From the NCBI RefSeq assembly GCF_018350175.1, contig NC_058383.1, forward strand, positions 16,246,001-16,310,000: a stretch of DNA of 64,000 bases, written 5' to 3'. Below the pieces are notes generated by a model. That model was not told the DNA's origin. It saw nothing but the letters and a program-made list of their open reading frames with translations, and did not search any database. This document shows positions 48,313 to 63,106 of the stretch, in pieces. Source of the DNA: Felis catus. Its lineage: Eukaryota. Each line of letters starts with the position of its first letter. Position 1 is the stretch's first letter. The translations under genes and the position numbers were made by a program.

Positions 48313-49095
48313 TTTATTAATAAACAGCAACAGAACTCAAACTCTCCAACTCAAATGCACAGTATGAGGAACTCTACAATTTCATCAATGTATCAGATTT
48401 TATGAATCCACTCCTATTTAATACACTCTAGAATACAGGATGAAAGAAAAGTGACACAGAATTTTCAAGTTTTATTTTCTATGTGTCGACATTCTTATTA
48501 TAAGGTCTGACCCCAACCAGACTGCTGATTATTTCCATTTGTAATTGGTTAAATCAAAGAAATAATTTCAGGGTCACTGGGATGGCTCAGTCGGTTAAGC
48601 AGCCAACTTCAGCTCAGGTCATGATCTCACCATTCATGAGTTCAAGCCCCAGGTTAGGCTCTGTGCTGGCAGCTCACAGCCTGGAGCCTGCTTTGGATCC
48701 TGTGTCTCCCTCTCTCTCTGCCCCTTTCCTGCTTGCTCTCTGTCTTTCTCTCTCTCAAAAGTAATAAACATTAAAAAACAAACAAAAAAAAATCTCAAAT
48801 TAGTTTCAAATATATACCACCAAAAATAAATATTCACTTAATGCAGTCTTCTGTTTTAAGATATCAAAAGGTATTTTCCTCCCCAAATAAGGGTTCTAAG
48901 ATAAATTCAAGATTCCTTTGAATGGAAAAAAAAAAAAAAAAAAGATACACCTTCTAAAAAAGTGAGCTTACAAAACCATGCAGGGGATTACTAGGTACAC
49001 TTCCTGTAAGAGGAAAGTATGTTCAATGAAAAGGAAATTTCAAACATGACCTTACACTCATGAAAAATTTTAACAAGGCCTTTACTTCATTTACT
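48313..49095 (-). terminator. Candidate MRPS17 polyadenylation signals
   Basis: Minus-strand AGTAAA at 49090-49095 and 49081-49086; AATAAA at 48471-48476 and 48313-48318. Confidence 0.5.
48571..48792 (+). mobile_element. CAN-SINE, antisense to MRPS17, downstream of its stop codon
   Basis: Full SINE body and A tail. Confidence 0.92.
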
Positions 49096-49215
49096 TTTAG
49101 CTATTCCATAAATACCAGAAGAGAAATTGGACAGTTTGTAATGAAATTTAGAAAAATTTCTTTTTCTGTAAAGCAAACTTATAAATCTTTCCCTTTGTCT
49201 CCTTCCAATCGTCCT

Positions 49216-51254
<2,039 letters not shown>

Positions 51255-51489
51255 TCACCAAAGGAATTTTGTTACTAGAACTGCTGAAGGTCAGAAACAG
51301 TTTTTGTTGACCTTCTGGAATCACCACTTTAGAGATACTTACACGTTTCACTATTTACTTAACCCAACCTCCCATCTTTATACTATTTACAAAGCTGTCA
51401 TTTTAACCTAAGTCGCCGTGTCCCCCTGTACAAAACGGGAATAACAACAGGGTCTGCTCACAGGAGTGCTTTGAAAGTTTAACCTGTAA

Positions 51490-52035
51490 GGCGCTAAATG
51501 GCGCGAATAAACGTGGGCTCTTACTGGCGTCCCTTTCTTTCCTTCCGCTGGCTTGCGTCTCCCCAGAGGCTCACAGTCTGGCCACACGAGCGCACAAGGC
51601 CTTGGCGGAGCGGCCGGGGTGTCCTCCCCACTTAAGGAGACCTTGCCTTGGGGCTGCCTTCTTGATCAGTTAATGCCGAGTCCAACCCGCCTGGGGTAGG
51701 CTGGGGGTGATTGATCCTCCCTCCCCGCACAACCCTACGGTCAGGCAACTTCCCTTGCTTCCAGGCTCTAACCCGACGACACCTTGCGACCCGGGATTCA
51801 CCCTCCGCAGCAGCAGCTCCCATACCTCGACCTCCTCCTGGGTTTACTTTCACAACGCGTGTCCTACTGCGGGCCGGTCGGAACGTGATGACGTCAGTCC
51901 CTTGCAAGTCGCTCCGCCTCGGACCGCTCCTCTCATTGGCCGCGTGTCCCCTTAGCCTTAGGCGGGCGTAAGGGCAGGGCTCCGCCCACTCCCCCTTAAA
52001 GAGAACCGTAGACCCGGGTCATCCGGGGAGACGTG
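51490..52035. promoter_or_regulatory. CpG island / promoter of MRPS17
   Basis: CpG-rich; full CRE TGACGTCA 51889-51896; CCAAT (minus) 51935-51939; GC box CCGCCC 51982-51987. Confidence 0.85.
51826..51880 (-). other. MRPS17: Probable non-coding exon 1 of MRPS17
   Basis: Exon 2 has an acceptor upstream of the ATG, so an upstream exon is needed; donor-like GAG|GTATGG at 51826/51825 just downstream of the promoter motifs; TSS not determinable. Confidence 0.55.
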
Positions 52036-52039
52036 CATC

Positions 52040-52266
52040 TTTTTTTCTTTTAATTTTTTTTTTAACGTTTATTTATTTTTGAGACAGAGAGAGACAGAGC
52101 ATGAACGGGGGAGGGGCAGAGAGAGAGGGAGACACAGAATCGGAAGCAGGCTCCAGGCTCTGAGCCATCAGCCCAGAGCCCCACGCGGGGCTCCAACTCG
52201 CAGACCGCGAGATCGTGACCTGAGCTGAAGTCGGACGCTTAACCGACTGAGCCACCCAGGTGCCCC
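52040..52266 (-). mobile_element. Young CAN-SINE at the edge of the MRPS17 promoter
   Basis: TSD AGACGT[GA]CATCTT 52029-52041/52268-52280. Confidence 0.94.
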
Positions 52267-53474
52267 TAGACGTACATCTTCTTTCTCCACGCTGTGGGCG
52301 GCTGGAACGTGGAGTATTCCGGCCTTTCATTTAACTATTCTGTTCGGTTTCCTCTTTTTAAGCTGAGCTCCCAGACTTGGACAAGGCCTTCCAAATCAGA
52401 GGAACCTCATTCATTCATCAAACACTGAAACATTAGACACTAAGTGCATTCTACCCCCACAGCTGCTTTTAAGATAAACTTCGGCAGGTTTTTGTGCCTA
52501 ATATGATTTTAGGTGTTATTTTTCAATATCTGTGAGACGGAGAGAAGTCCAGTATCAGCACATATTTATGTGCGACAATTATGAAGGAGTTAGATGGGCC
52601 ACGAGCAGACTGCTTGATAACGCCTTCTCAGATAAAAAGAGGACTGAGAATGTATTAGGAAGTTAAGAGAAATAGAAAACAATAAGCTACTGGCACAGAC
52701 AATTTGAAGACCAAAATATGGGTGTGGTCAATTGTCTTTGACCATTGAAACATCTTAGCAACTGGTGAGAGAAGACTGGGAAAATAAGAATTCACCCATA
52801 CATTAGTTTGTCCAACACTCATTTCTTTCTTAGCAAATAGTTATAGAACACTTCTAAGACTCTGTGCTAGGCAAAAAGATGAATCGAAGAAGACTCCCAC
52901 TCTCTAAAAGCCCACAAAACCGTGAGTAAAACAACCAGAGGTAATGGGAACCTTGAGAAAAGAGTGTGTAACTTTGCAGAGAGAGGAGACTTGATCAATA
53001 CGTAGCCCCTGGCCAGGGTCTATAGCTTGAGAATAGAGGGACATGGGATGTGGGGAGGACATTTGAGGCAGAAAGGAGAGCATGTGCAGGGGTGCTGAGG
53101 TTTGAGAGACAGTACGCGAAGGAGTCTGATGCTACCAGGATATAGGGTTAGGAAAATAAAGGCAGGGATTGAAGTTGCTCAGGGATAGGCCTCTATCTAG
53201 GAAGCATTTCTTGTTTAGGGCCTCCCTTTTTCTTCTAAGTGATAAGAAGCCTTTGAAAGATGTGAATACTTTAGCTAGCTTTCAACATCATTGTGGTAGG
53301 AGTGTGGAAGGCAGAATAGAGGTTGGAGACATTGGAGGTTGGATGCTTTTTCAGGGGATGGTGAAAACCTAAATTGGAGCAGTGGGAATGGAAGACAGAA
53401 GATGGGTTGGAGATGTGATTGGGAAATTAGTCATGTGAGGCAAGGGGACAGAGAGGAGGTGTGTGTGTGTGAGT

Positions 53475-53879
53475 ATGGCATAGACAACAGAAATTTATTT
53501 TCTCATAGTTCTTTATTAATTAATTTTTAATTTATTAATTTATTTTTATTTAAATTTATTAATTTATTTTCTCTAAAAGTCTAAGATTGAGGAGCTGTCA
53601 GGGTCAATTTCTGGTAAGAGCTCTTCTCCTGGCTTGCAGATGATCACATTCTTGCTATGTCCTCACATAGCCTTTCCTCTGTGTATGTGTGCACAGCGAG
53701 AGAGAGTGTATTCTTTTTCTTCTACAAGAACACTAATCTCATTGGATTGGGGCCCCACCCTTTTATGACCTCATTTAATCTTAAATACCTCCTAAAGGTC
53801 TTGCCTTCAAATACCATCACATTGGGAGTTAGGGCTTCAACATACATACATGGTGGGGGGCACAATTCAGAACATAATA
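53475..53879 (-). mobile_element. MLT1A-like MaLR LTR
   Basis: acaacagaaatttattttctca..cctggcttgcaga..atgacctcatttaa..caaataccatcacattggg.gttagggcttcaacata. Confidence 0.8.
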
Positions 53880-53912
53880 AAATCAAAGAAGCAAAATAAA
53901 AGCCTTTCAGTC

Positions 53913-54119
53913 TTTTTAAAAAATTTTATTTATTTATTTTTAGAGAGAGAAGAGAGCAAGCAGGACAGGGGCAAAGAGAGGGAGACAGAGAATCCCAAGC
54001 AGGCTCCACACTATCACGGCAGAGCCTGGCGTAGGGCTCGAACTTACGAACTGTGAGTTCATGACCTGAGCCAAAACCAAGAGTCGTACACCCAACCAAC
54101 TGAGCCACTCAGGCACCCC
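53913..54119 (-). mobile_element. CAN-SINE
   Basis: Reverse SINE body. Confidence 0.88.
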
Positions 54120-55189
54120 AACCCTTGTAGTCTTAAATTCGATTTGGAAATATTGTATGAAGTCATGATTTATTTTTCTCAAAAAAAGTCTTTCTTAGAG
54201 AGCCTACAAACCTAGGAGCAGTCAGTGCCAAGCACATTCCCTGAAAGAAACCAAGGATCCTTGAAAAATGACTGACTTCACATCTGGAGCAGAACTGTAT
54301 GAGTTAAACTTGGGACATGTTGTGTCAGAAATCAAGGAAACTATTAAAGATGAATTAGGTCAGGTCAAAAGCCAACCTGAAGGAGTATTCACTGAACTAA
54401 CATGAGATTATGTGAGGCTAAAAAGAATTATAAATGCAATGGATTGAGAATCATAAGACATATAAAAATCTGTGAGTTCATAATGGTACTTAAAAATAAA
54501 TACTCTGGTTGCTTTTGGAGAGTCCTAGGGCACCAAGTCAATAATTCGAAAAACACAAGAAATCAATATATCATGAAATATGATTTCAGATTTCAGTGCA
54601 TTTCAGAATGACCTAATAATTGATACATAAGGAATGACAGAATTGGAAAACATTTTTTGCAACAACTAATGGATAATGAATAATATCAACAATGTTAACA
54701 AAATCATTGAAAGATTAATGTGGAACTTTGTAATAAAAAGAGAAGGCTAATACTACCTGAACCATCAATTAATTTTATCATCAGTAAAAATGAGTCAATT
54801 AGACATTATACATCTTTTGATGTAAAAGGAAATAAAGCATATAGCACTGATTATGAAATATAATGTGTAAAAAGTAATCTGAATCTAATCAGTTTTGTAG
54901 ATCTAACCACCCATTTTACAGTGAATACAACAGATAGAGGAACGAGTTAAACAACACCAGGAGGAAGTAACTGTTGTCAGTAGATGGGTTTATGGCATAT
55001 TAGATAAAGCCGAAGAGAGACTTAGTAAACTGCAAGGGAAACCAGAAGAAATTATTTAGAATGTAGAAATTATTTAGAATGTAGAGGAAAATGTGGACAG
55101 TAGATCAAGAAGTTCTCACATTTGTCTATTAAGAGTTCCAAAAGGAGAGAACCCAGAAAAGAGAATGGCTTTTTTCTGAACTAAAACAA

Positions 55190-55781
55190 TGGAAGTCAGT
55201 GGCCACATTAGTAAGCCTGGCTCTACCCCTGCTCATTCAAACAACCTCCTGGCCACTTTTCAGCGCTGGATAATGCCCTGAGATAAGTATGTATTTGTAA
55301 CATGACTACATCAGGAAACATATGTAATAGAATATAGTAGAAATCGCTTATGAGACTTGGACTGGAGAAAGCTAGTATGAATTCAGGATGTCCCCAAGAT
55401 TACCGTGGGGTTCAGGAAATCATTAGAGGCACTTCTAGATGACTAACTCTTATCAGGTAGGACATTCTTTTTTTTTAATTTTTAAAAATCTGTATTTATT
55501 TTTGAGAGAGAGAGAGAGAGAGAGACAGCGTGTGAGCAGGGGAGGAGCAGAGAGAGAGGGAGACACAGAATCCGAAGCAGGCTCCAGGCTCTGAGCTGTC
55601 AGCACAGAGCCTGACGTGGAGCTCAAACTCACGAACTGTGAACTGAAGTCAAACACTCAACTGACTGCGCCACCCAGGCACCCCACAGGAAGGACATTCT
55701 AAGGACTTATAAGATTATCTCCCAGGAGCCAAGCCAAAGGGCCAAACCTTTCTTTGGGTAAGATTAATCCTTTATTAAACA
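55190..55781 (-). mobile_element. MER21/MER77-like LTR interrupted by a CAN-SINE (~55468-55684, minus)
   Basis: Ends ..ctcccaggagccaag..caaacctttctttgggtaagattaatcctttattaaaca; SINE TSD CAGG.AGGACATTCT. Confidence 0.65.
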
Positions 55782-57059
55782 CCTTGGTATATCAAATACC
55801 CCTTTATGGGTGGTATGTAAGGGCTTTTGTAGCCTCCAAGAGTGTGTATAACCTCTACAGAACTCCAAAAATGAAAAAAAATCATAAGCTTCTAGATCTT
55901 AATGCCTAGACTCAGAAGTCCAGAACATCACTTCTTTTGCATTTCTATTGGATAAAGTAAGTCAGAAACCAATCGAGATTCAATAGGGCTACACAAAAGC
56001 ACAAATATCAGGAGATGTGGTCCACTGGGGCCATCTATGCAGACTGCTTACCATGATCCTTTTTTTTTTTTTAATTTAATTCCAGTATAGTTAACATTAA
56101 AGCATTTCTTATGGTGGGTTAAGTGTGAGTTTTGTTTGTAGTCTTTTCCTTCATGTCATACTCTTTTATATAACAAGGTTTGTAAAAAAAAAACAAAACA
56201 AAGCCAAACAAAACAGCAACAACAAAACAAAAGACCCCCACAAGGTTTGTGTCTAGACTACACTGTCATTTAAGTTCATTCTAATTATGCTCCATGTCAT
56301 GCATGAGAGTTTTCCTGTGGATCCAGGCAACTTGATTCCAGAATCTGTCATGGTTTTCTTGGGACTCTGGATGAATCATCACATTCTAGAATTCTCCAGG
56401 TATGGATTATCCCTGGTGAGTCTTTACATTATCATACCATGAGATGTCTCTTCATGATCAGTTTTGAGCTTTGGTGTTTTTTCCTTTGGATTCAGGCCTC
56501 ATCTCTAGACGAACAGTTCTTTGGGGAAAAAATAAAAGTGACAAATTTTACAAAAAAAAATATGTAGTTCTCCCACACACACCCTGACAAGGCCCAGTCA
56601 TGACCCTGAAACCCAGAGAAACAATGTAAGAGAGGGAAGAATCATTGAGCAGAGGACAAAAGTGATTGTAAATGATGTTGCCTTTTTGTTGTCCAAGGTG
56701 AACAGAGAGAGGATACCTAACCAGAGTATTGGATGGACAAAAGGTTGATAAGGCAACTAAAAGGTTGATAAGGAAACACCCATTGTTTCCCTCTGTACAC
56801 GTTCGGGTGAATGCGTGCACACCCACACTTTCCTTCAGTCTTCTCTACTCAAATTTGGATGTTTCATCCTGGCCATCATGAATATCTTTGCAAAACATCC
56901 AGTTTTCCAGAAACACTGAGTGGGCCATGGTAGATGCTCATGAGGCAAGGGAACAGGGTTGGGGCATTGTATTTCCATGGTCTTTGAGTATCAGAGGACT
57001 AGATTTTGAAAGGACAGATCAGGTTCTGGAGTCTGGATCATTTCTGATTCTAGGGATTC

Positions 57060-57238
57060 TTTAAAAACACTTTTTAATGTTTTATTTATTTTTGAGAGAG
57101 AGGAGGGGGAATACAGAGAGGGAGACACAGAATCTGAAAAATAGACACAGAATCTGAAGAATTCAAACTCATGAATAGTGACATGATGACCTGAGCCAAA
57201 GTTGGATGCTTAACCAACTGAGCCACCCAGGTGCCCCC
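57060..57238 (-). mobile_element. Internally rearranged CAN-SINE
   Basis: TSD CTAGGGATT; duplicated AGACACAGAATCTGAA and missing central segment. Confidence 0.85.
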
Positions 57239-57421
57239 TAGGGATTTTTAATCTGAAGTTGTTGTAAGAAGGTTTTAGGTGGCTTCTGAAGTCTACCAAA
57301 TTATATATTCAAAATTTGGTGTGTATCTACAGGTCTTTGTGTGGAGATAGCCTATAGCTTTTATCAGATTCTCAAAGAGGACTGTGATCCTGCTCCTCCC
57401 AAATTAAGAAATTATTTCCTT

Positions 57422-57580
57422 AGCCATAAGAGACTCTTAAAAACTGAGAATAAACTGAGGGTTGTGGGGGGTGGGAGGGAGGGGAAATTGGGTGATGGGC
57501 ATTGATGAGGGCACCTGTTGGGATGAGCACTGGGTATTGTATGGAAACCAATTTGACAATAAATTTCATATTTAAAAAAA
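57422..57580 (+). mobile_element. Very short felid L1 3' end
   Basis: 3' UTR like 36700-36858; TSD AAGAAATTATT.CCTTA. Confidence 0.92.
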
Positions 57581-57899
57581 AGAAATTATTGCCTTATACC
57601 CAGATCACTACAACAGCGTTTTAATTAGTGATGTAACAGCTTCAGGCTCTTGATTTAAATATATCCAAAACACTACCATCCTGTTAATCTTCCCATTTTG
57701 TAATAGTTCTGTAGCTTCAGCTCTACTTTCACTCTCACCTCAAGAGTTAGTATTCCTGCTTTACATCCAACTACAATTAATTTTTATACAGACACCGGTA
57801 ATCAGGAAGATTCATGCCCAGGAAAATGAAATCTAGCTATTGGGGTTGAGAATAGATTCTCTTCTATATTTTGATTGCTATAATTATCATCTTATTAAA

Positions 57900-58350
57900 T
57901 CATAGTTACAAAGCCATATAACATGGGGTAACTTAGTTAATTTCTCTGTCTTCAGGCTTTTCATCTGAAAAATATGGATTATTTCACTTGCCTAAATCTG
58001 TAAAGTGCCCAGCATAATATCTGACACAGATTATATGCTCAACAAATGTTAATTACCTTGTATTTTATACATCACTTGAATGTTTCCCAGTAGACATTTA
58101 AGAAATCCTCATTAAATGAGTATATAGCAACAGATAATGTTTATAGGATACTTACTATGCACTAGGCATTATGATACCTTTCTTCATATTATCTAATCTA
58201 GAATTTTATTAGGCAGTTGCTACTGTTGTTCTCATTTTACAGATGAGGAAACCAATGCAGAGAGAGGTTAAATAACTTGCTCTAGGTCTCATAACCAACA
58301 AATGGAAGGAATGAAACTTGATCTTAGACAGTCTGACTACAGAGGGGTAT
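57900..58350. mobile_element. MIR remnants (both orientations)
   Basis: Core-like ctcattttacagatgaggaaac..cagagagaggttaaataacttgc. Confidence 0.7.
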
Positions 58351-60994
58351 AGCCCCTTCCTACCACTATCACAGAAGAAGGCAATCTCCCTCATCTTCCC
58401 CCTAGCAGTTTTAATAAGTCAGATGTTTACATGCTTATTTTGTGGCCAGAAGTGTAGATAGGAGTTAAAGACACAGGTCTTTTCCCCGTAAGGTTAAAGT
58501 CCAAGTATGAAAAAAACAATAAAAAAGCAATATAAGTAGTAGTCAAAACTCATTATGGTGAGGGGTAGACTCTAAAGGGAATGGAAATTCAGGGAAAGCA
58601 AAGATCAAAAAATGATGAGTGCTCTGATAAGCACTTGTGAAAAAGTAGTTTTATGAGCAGAAGTTTGAAGAAACATTAATGATCTAATACTCCCTGCATG
58701 TCCCCTCCCCTTTGAGCACTAAGCATATAACTACAGCTCCAAACAGCAAAAAGTGGAGCTCTTTTTGCCTATTGGTCCTGTTCCCATGATACCTAAATAA
58801 ACTTACTAAGTTGCACCCTCTGAAGTCTCAAGAATTCTTTCTTGGCCGTCGTACTTCATGACCCCACAACAATCACATTTGGTTAGACAAGGATGGAAGA
58901 TTGGAGGGAACTGATTGAAAAAAAAAGAGGTAGTATCATTAAAGTTTGAATTTAGACCAAAAATTAAGGTATAGGGCACACTCAAGCAAGTGAATTTAAA
59001 AAGAGAGACAGTAGTGGAGACAGTATAAGATGTTTGAAATTTCAGAAAGGGGAGTTAGCTTTCATTGAAAGTGGTGAAAACTTTACATGCATTATTTGAT
59101 ATAAACACAACCTTTCAGGGTACCCTATTTCCCTACAGCTATGAACTTAAATTCCTGTCTTTTACAGTCTTAAAACCTCTGTTGCTAATAGCACCAATGA
59201 CATACCCAGAGTGTTTTTTGAAAATTCAAATAAAATCATTTCACATCATCAGAAGTACAATGAAGAGCAATGATTTTTTTTCCAATCCTTATTGGTAGGA
59301 AAACTTGGGTTTTTTTTTTTTCACCCCTGTTGGGAGGAAAATTTGGGTTGTGAATATTAACTGATAATAGACTAACGAGAAAAGACAAGGCTTATTTACA
59401 CATGCATGAGGGAGCATTCAGATGAAGAGACACTAGAAATAGGAATTTATATACCAACTTAAGAGGGGAAGAAGAGGAGGGAGAAAGGGTCTCTGGGAAA
59501 ACAAATGGGAGTTTTTGGAAAGGTAGGTGGACTTTTATGAGAACAAATGGAAACTATAATAATATGATTTTGATAATATTTATGATATGTCTGTTTATGT
59601 AATTTCTCATCCTGGTGCCAGTGGCTGCATAGTCTCCTTCCTGTCTGGAGTCTCCCCTGAGGGGATTTATGGCTTCTGTCTCAGAAGCCTCTGCCATTAG
59701 TTAGATAAGGGAAGTTCTGAAAAGTCTTCCTCCACCTTCTCTCATCTGCCCTATCTTAAATGTCTTCAATTTAAAGTAATCTTTATACCATTTTGATGGA
59801 TCCCAATTGGTCCCATCACCCCTTAGTGTCGTTTCTGTCTTCTGGGGTAAAAACATCTTGACTTGCCTTTGTAAAATCATTACTCTTCCTGTGTCTGCAG
59901 TCTTGGTGAGTCTGTCAATCAAAGTGCTCTGTCTTCCTTTAGCATATGACCCATGTAGGACCAATCAGATTCTTGTAGGAATATTGGGGGTTCTGATTGG
60001 AAGATGGGAAGTGGCTGGAGCAATTGCATCTTGAGGGAGGTGCTCTGAAGAGACTATTTGACTAGAATCTATGTCTGCTATTTGCACCTACAGATATTAA
60101 CCTATAAGGAAATTGGAACTGGGATTTGATGTTACACGTGACCTTAAAATGTAGGTAGGGCTGAATAGGGGTAGGTTGGAGGGCAAGGAAAATGGGCTAG
60201 GAACTTGGCAATATTCATTGTGCCCAGCCAAAAGTTGATAAATTGCCCCATGTAGCATCTTGGGTCTCAGACTCTGTCCTGGGACTGGAGTTTTAAGAAA
60301 CTTAATAGAAAAGTTAGAATGTTGGCATCTGATTGTCTACAAGAAGGAGTTTTTTAGTAAGTTCTTGTAAGAAACAGACAAGCTTTGGTTAAAGCTAGCC
60401 CATATGAAAAAGCAGAAAGAGAATATTCAGCTTGGCCAAGAGAGACCAGAAATCCAAGATGGTTAAATTAGCTAATCTGTACCTTCAATTTTGAAAAGCC
60501 AATCTCTTTGCTCTAGCAAAATTTTGGGAGAGTACATGGAGGAAGCCTGGAGGCAAAATAGGAGAGGTAAGATATTGGGACCTAGGAGAAAAGCCTCATT
60601 CCCAGCTCCTCTTATGCACCTATACCTATGTGTTACTGGCTAGACAGAGGTCATAACTAAATAATTCCTTGAAATTTCCATAGGCAAGGGACAGATTGGT
60701 GATGCCTTGTCTCTGAGACTTTGCTTTCTATTGCTCTGAGACAGGCCAAGGTGGAGTCTGAGGTAAGGAGCCTATTGCTACAAATCATTAACACCCAGGC
60801 TAAGTTCTAGATTCAAGGGCCATAAACCAACAGCTTCTTGGGCTTTGCTTATTAGGGCATGCTGTTGCATGAATAAAAATGGAAAGACTACTATAAGACT
60901 ACTATAAAGACTACTATATATTTTTAAGAGTTGTACAGTCAGGGGAACTGTAAACAAAGGGAATTTTTCCCAACACACTTCTCAGATGTGACCG

Positions 60995-61335
60995 TCAGTC
61001 TGTTTGGGCTGCAATAACAAAATACCATAGACTGGTATTTATCTATTACTCACACTTTGGAGACTGGGAAATCCAAAATCAATTTGCTGACAAGATTCAG
61101 GCACCTGTCTGGTGAGGGCTCACTTCCTGATTCATAGCATGTTATTGTTGTGTTCTCTTACGGTATAGAAAGAGCCGAGGGAGCTTTCTTAGGTTTATAA
61201 ATTGAAACCCATTCTGAGGGCTCTGTATTCATGACCTAATTACTTCTCCAAAACCCCACCTTCTAATACCATCACCTTGGGTATTAGGATTCAACATATG
61301 AATTTGTAGGAGACACAAACATTCAGACCATACTA
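60995..61335 (-). mobile_element. MLT1A-like MaLR LTR
   Basis: gtctgtttgggctgcaataacaaaataccatagactgg..ggattcaacatatgaattt..acacaaacattcagaccata. Confidence 0.82.
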
Positions 61336-61368
61336 TTGACCATGAGGGTAATGCATGAGAAAGATATG

Positions 61369-61406
61369 AGAGAGAGGGACAGAGAGAGAGGGAGAGAGAG
61401 AGAAAG

Positions 61407-61451
<45 letters not shown>
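61369..61451 (+). repeat. (GA)n microsatellite, imperfect
   Basis: Direct read. Confidence 0.9.
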
Positions 61452-61457
<6 letters not shown>

Positions 61458-61867
61458 GAATGAATGGTGTGTATATGATATGTATACTGAATGGCTGACC
61501 AAGAACCTCATCAAACATGGGGAGATATTACTCATTTCCAGAAGCATCTAATTCATGTCTTACACCACAGATAACTGCATGGTGCTTTCCATTTTTCTTC
61601 TATTTTTCCAAATGACACTTCCTAATGTTTCCCTCTTTTTAAACCAGTGTCCATTGGGTGTTTTGGAAAATTTTTTAAAACTTGAGATATAATTGACATA
61701 TAATATTGTGTAAGTTTTAGGTATACAAGGTGTTGATTTGATACACATGTATTACATGTATTACATGTATTACATGTGTTCTCCATTGTAGCTTTAGCTA
61801 ACACCTCTATCATGTCACATAATTACCATTTCTTTCTTGTGGTGAGAACAGTTAAGATCTAGTCTCT

Positions 61868-62587
61868 TACCACCTCACGCCAGTCAGAGTGGCCAAAATG
61901 AACAAATCAGGAGACTATAGATGCTGGCGAGGATGTGGAGAAATGGGAACCCTCTTGCACCGTTGGTGGGAATGCAAACTGGCGCAGCCACTCTGCAAAA
62001 CAGTGTGGAGGTTCCTCAAAATATTAAAAATAGACTTACCCTATGACCCAGCAGTAACACTGCTAGGAATTTACCCAAGGGATACAGGAGTACTGATGCA
62101 TAGGGGCACTTGTACCCCAATGTTCATAGCAGCACTCTCAACAATAGCCAAATTATGGAAAGAGCCTAAATGTGCATCAACTGATGAATGGATAAAGAAA
62201 TTGTGGTTTGTATACACAATGGAGTACTACGTGGCAATGAGAAAGAATGAAATATGGCCCTTTGTAGCAACGTGGATGGAACCGGAGAGTGTTATGCTAA
62301 GTGAAATAAGCCATACAGAGAAAGACAGATACCATATGTTTTCACTCTTATGTGGATCCTGAGAAACTTATCAGAAACCCATGGGGGAGGGGAAGAAAAA
62401 AAAAGAGGTTAGAGTGGGAGAGAGCCGAAGCATAAGAGACTCTTAAAAACAGAACAAACTGAGGGTTGATGGGGGGTGGGAGGGAGGGGAGGGTTGGTGA
62501 TGGGTATTGAGGAGGGCACCTTTTGGGATGAGCACTGGGTGTTGTATGGAAACCAATTTGACAATAAATTTCATATATTGAAAAAAA
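61868..62587 (+). mobile_element. Young 5'-truncated felid L1 inserted in an older antisense L1 3' end
   Basis: Open ORF2 C-terminus 61889-62362; direct repeat AAGATCTAGTCTCTTACCA 61854-61872/62586-62604. Confidence 0.96.
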
Positions 62588-62619
62588 GATCTAGTCTCTT
62601 ACCAACTTTGAATTTTATA

Positions 62620-62829
62620 AAAAATTTTTTTAAATGTTTATCTATTTTTGAGAGAGGGAGAGACAGAGTGTGAGCAGGCGAGGGGAAGAGAGAGAGGGAG
62701 ACACAGAATCTGAAGCAGTCTCCAGGCTCTGAGCTGTCGGCACAGAGCCCGACGCGGGGCTCGTGGACTGTGAGATCATGACCTGAGCCGGAGCCGGATG
62801 CCCAACTGACTGAGCCACCCAGGTGCCCC
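62620..62829 (-). mobile_element. CAN-SINE without evident TSD
   Basis: Reverse SINE body. Confidence 0.9.
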
Positions 62830-62946
62830 GCTCTTATTTCTCAAGGTTGCTTTGGCTATTTGTGATCTTAGCAGTTCCATACAAATTTTGTGGGTTTTTT
62901 CCTATTTCTGTGAAGAGTACCATTGGAATTTTGATGAGGATTTTTT

Positions 62947-62997
<51 letters not shown>

Positions 62998-63039
62998 CTT
63001 TCTGCTTTTTTCTTTCTTTCTTTTTTTCTTCTTTCTTTC

Positions 63040-63106
<67 letters not shown>

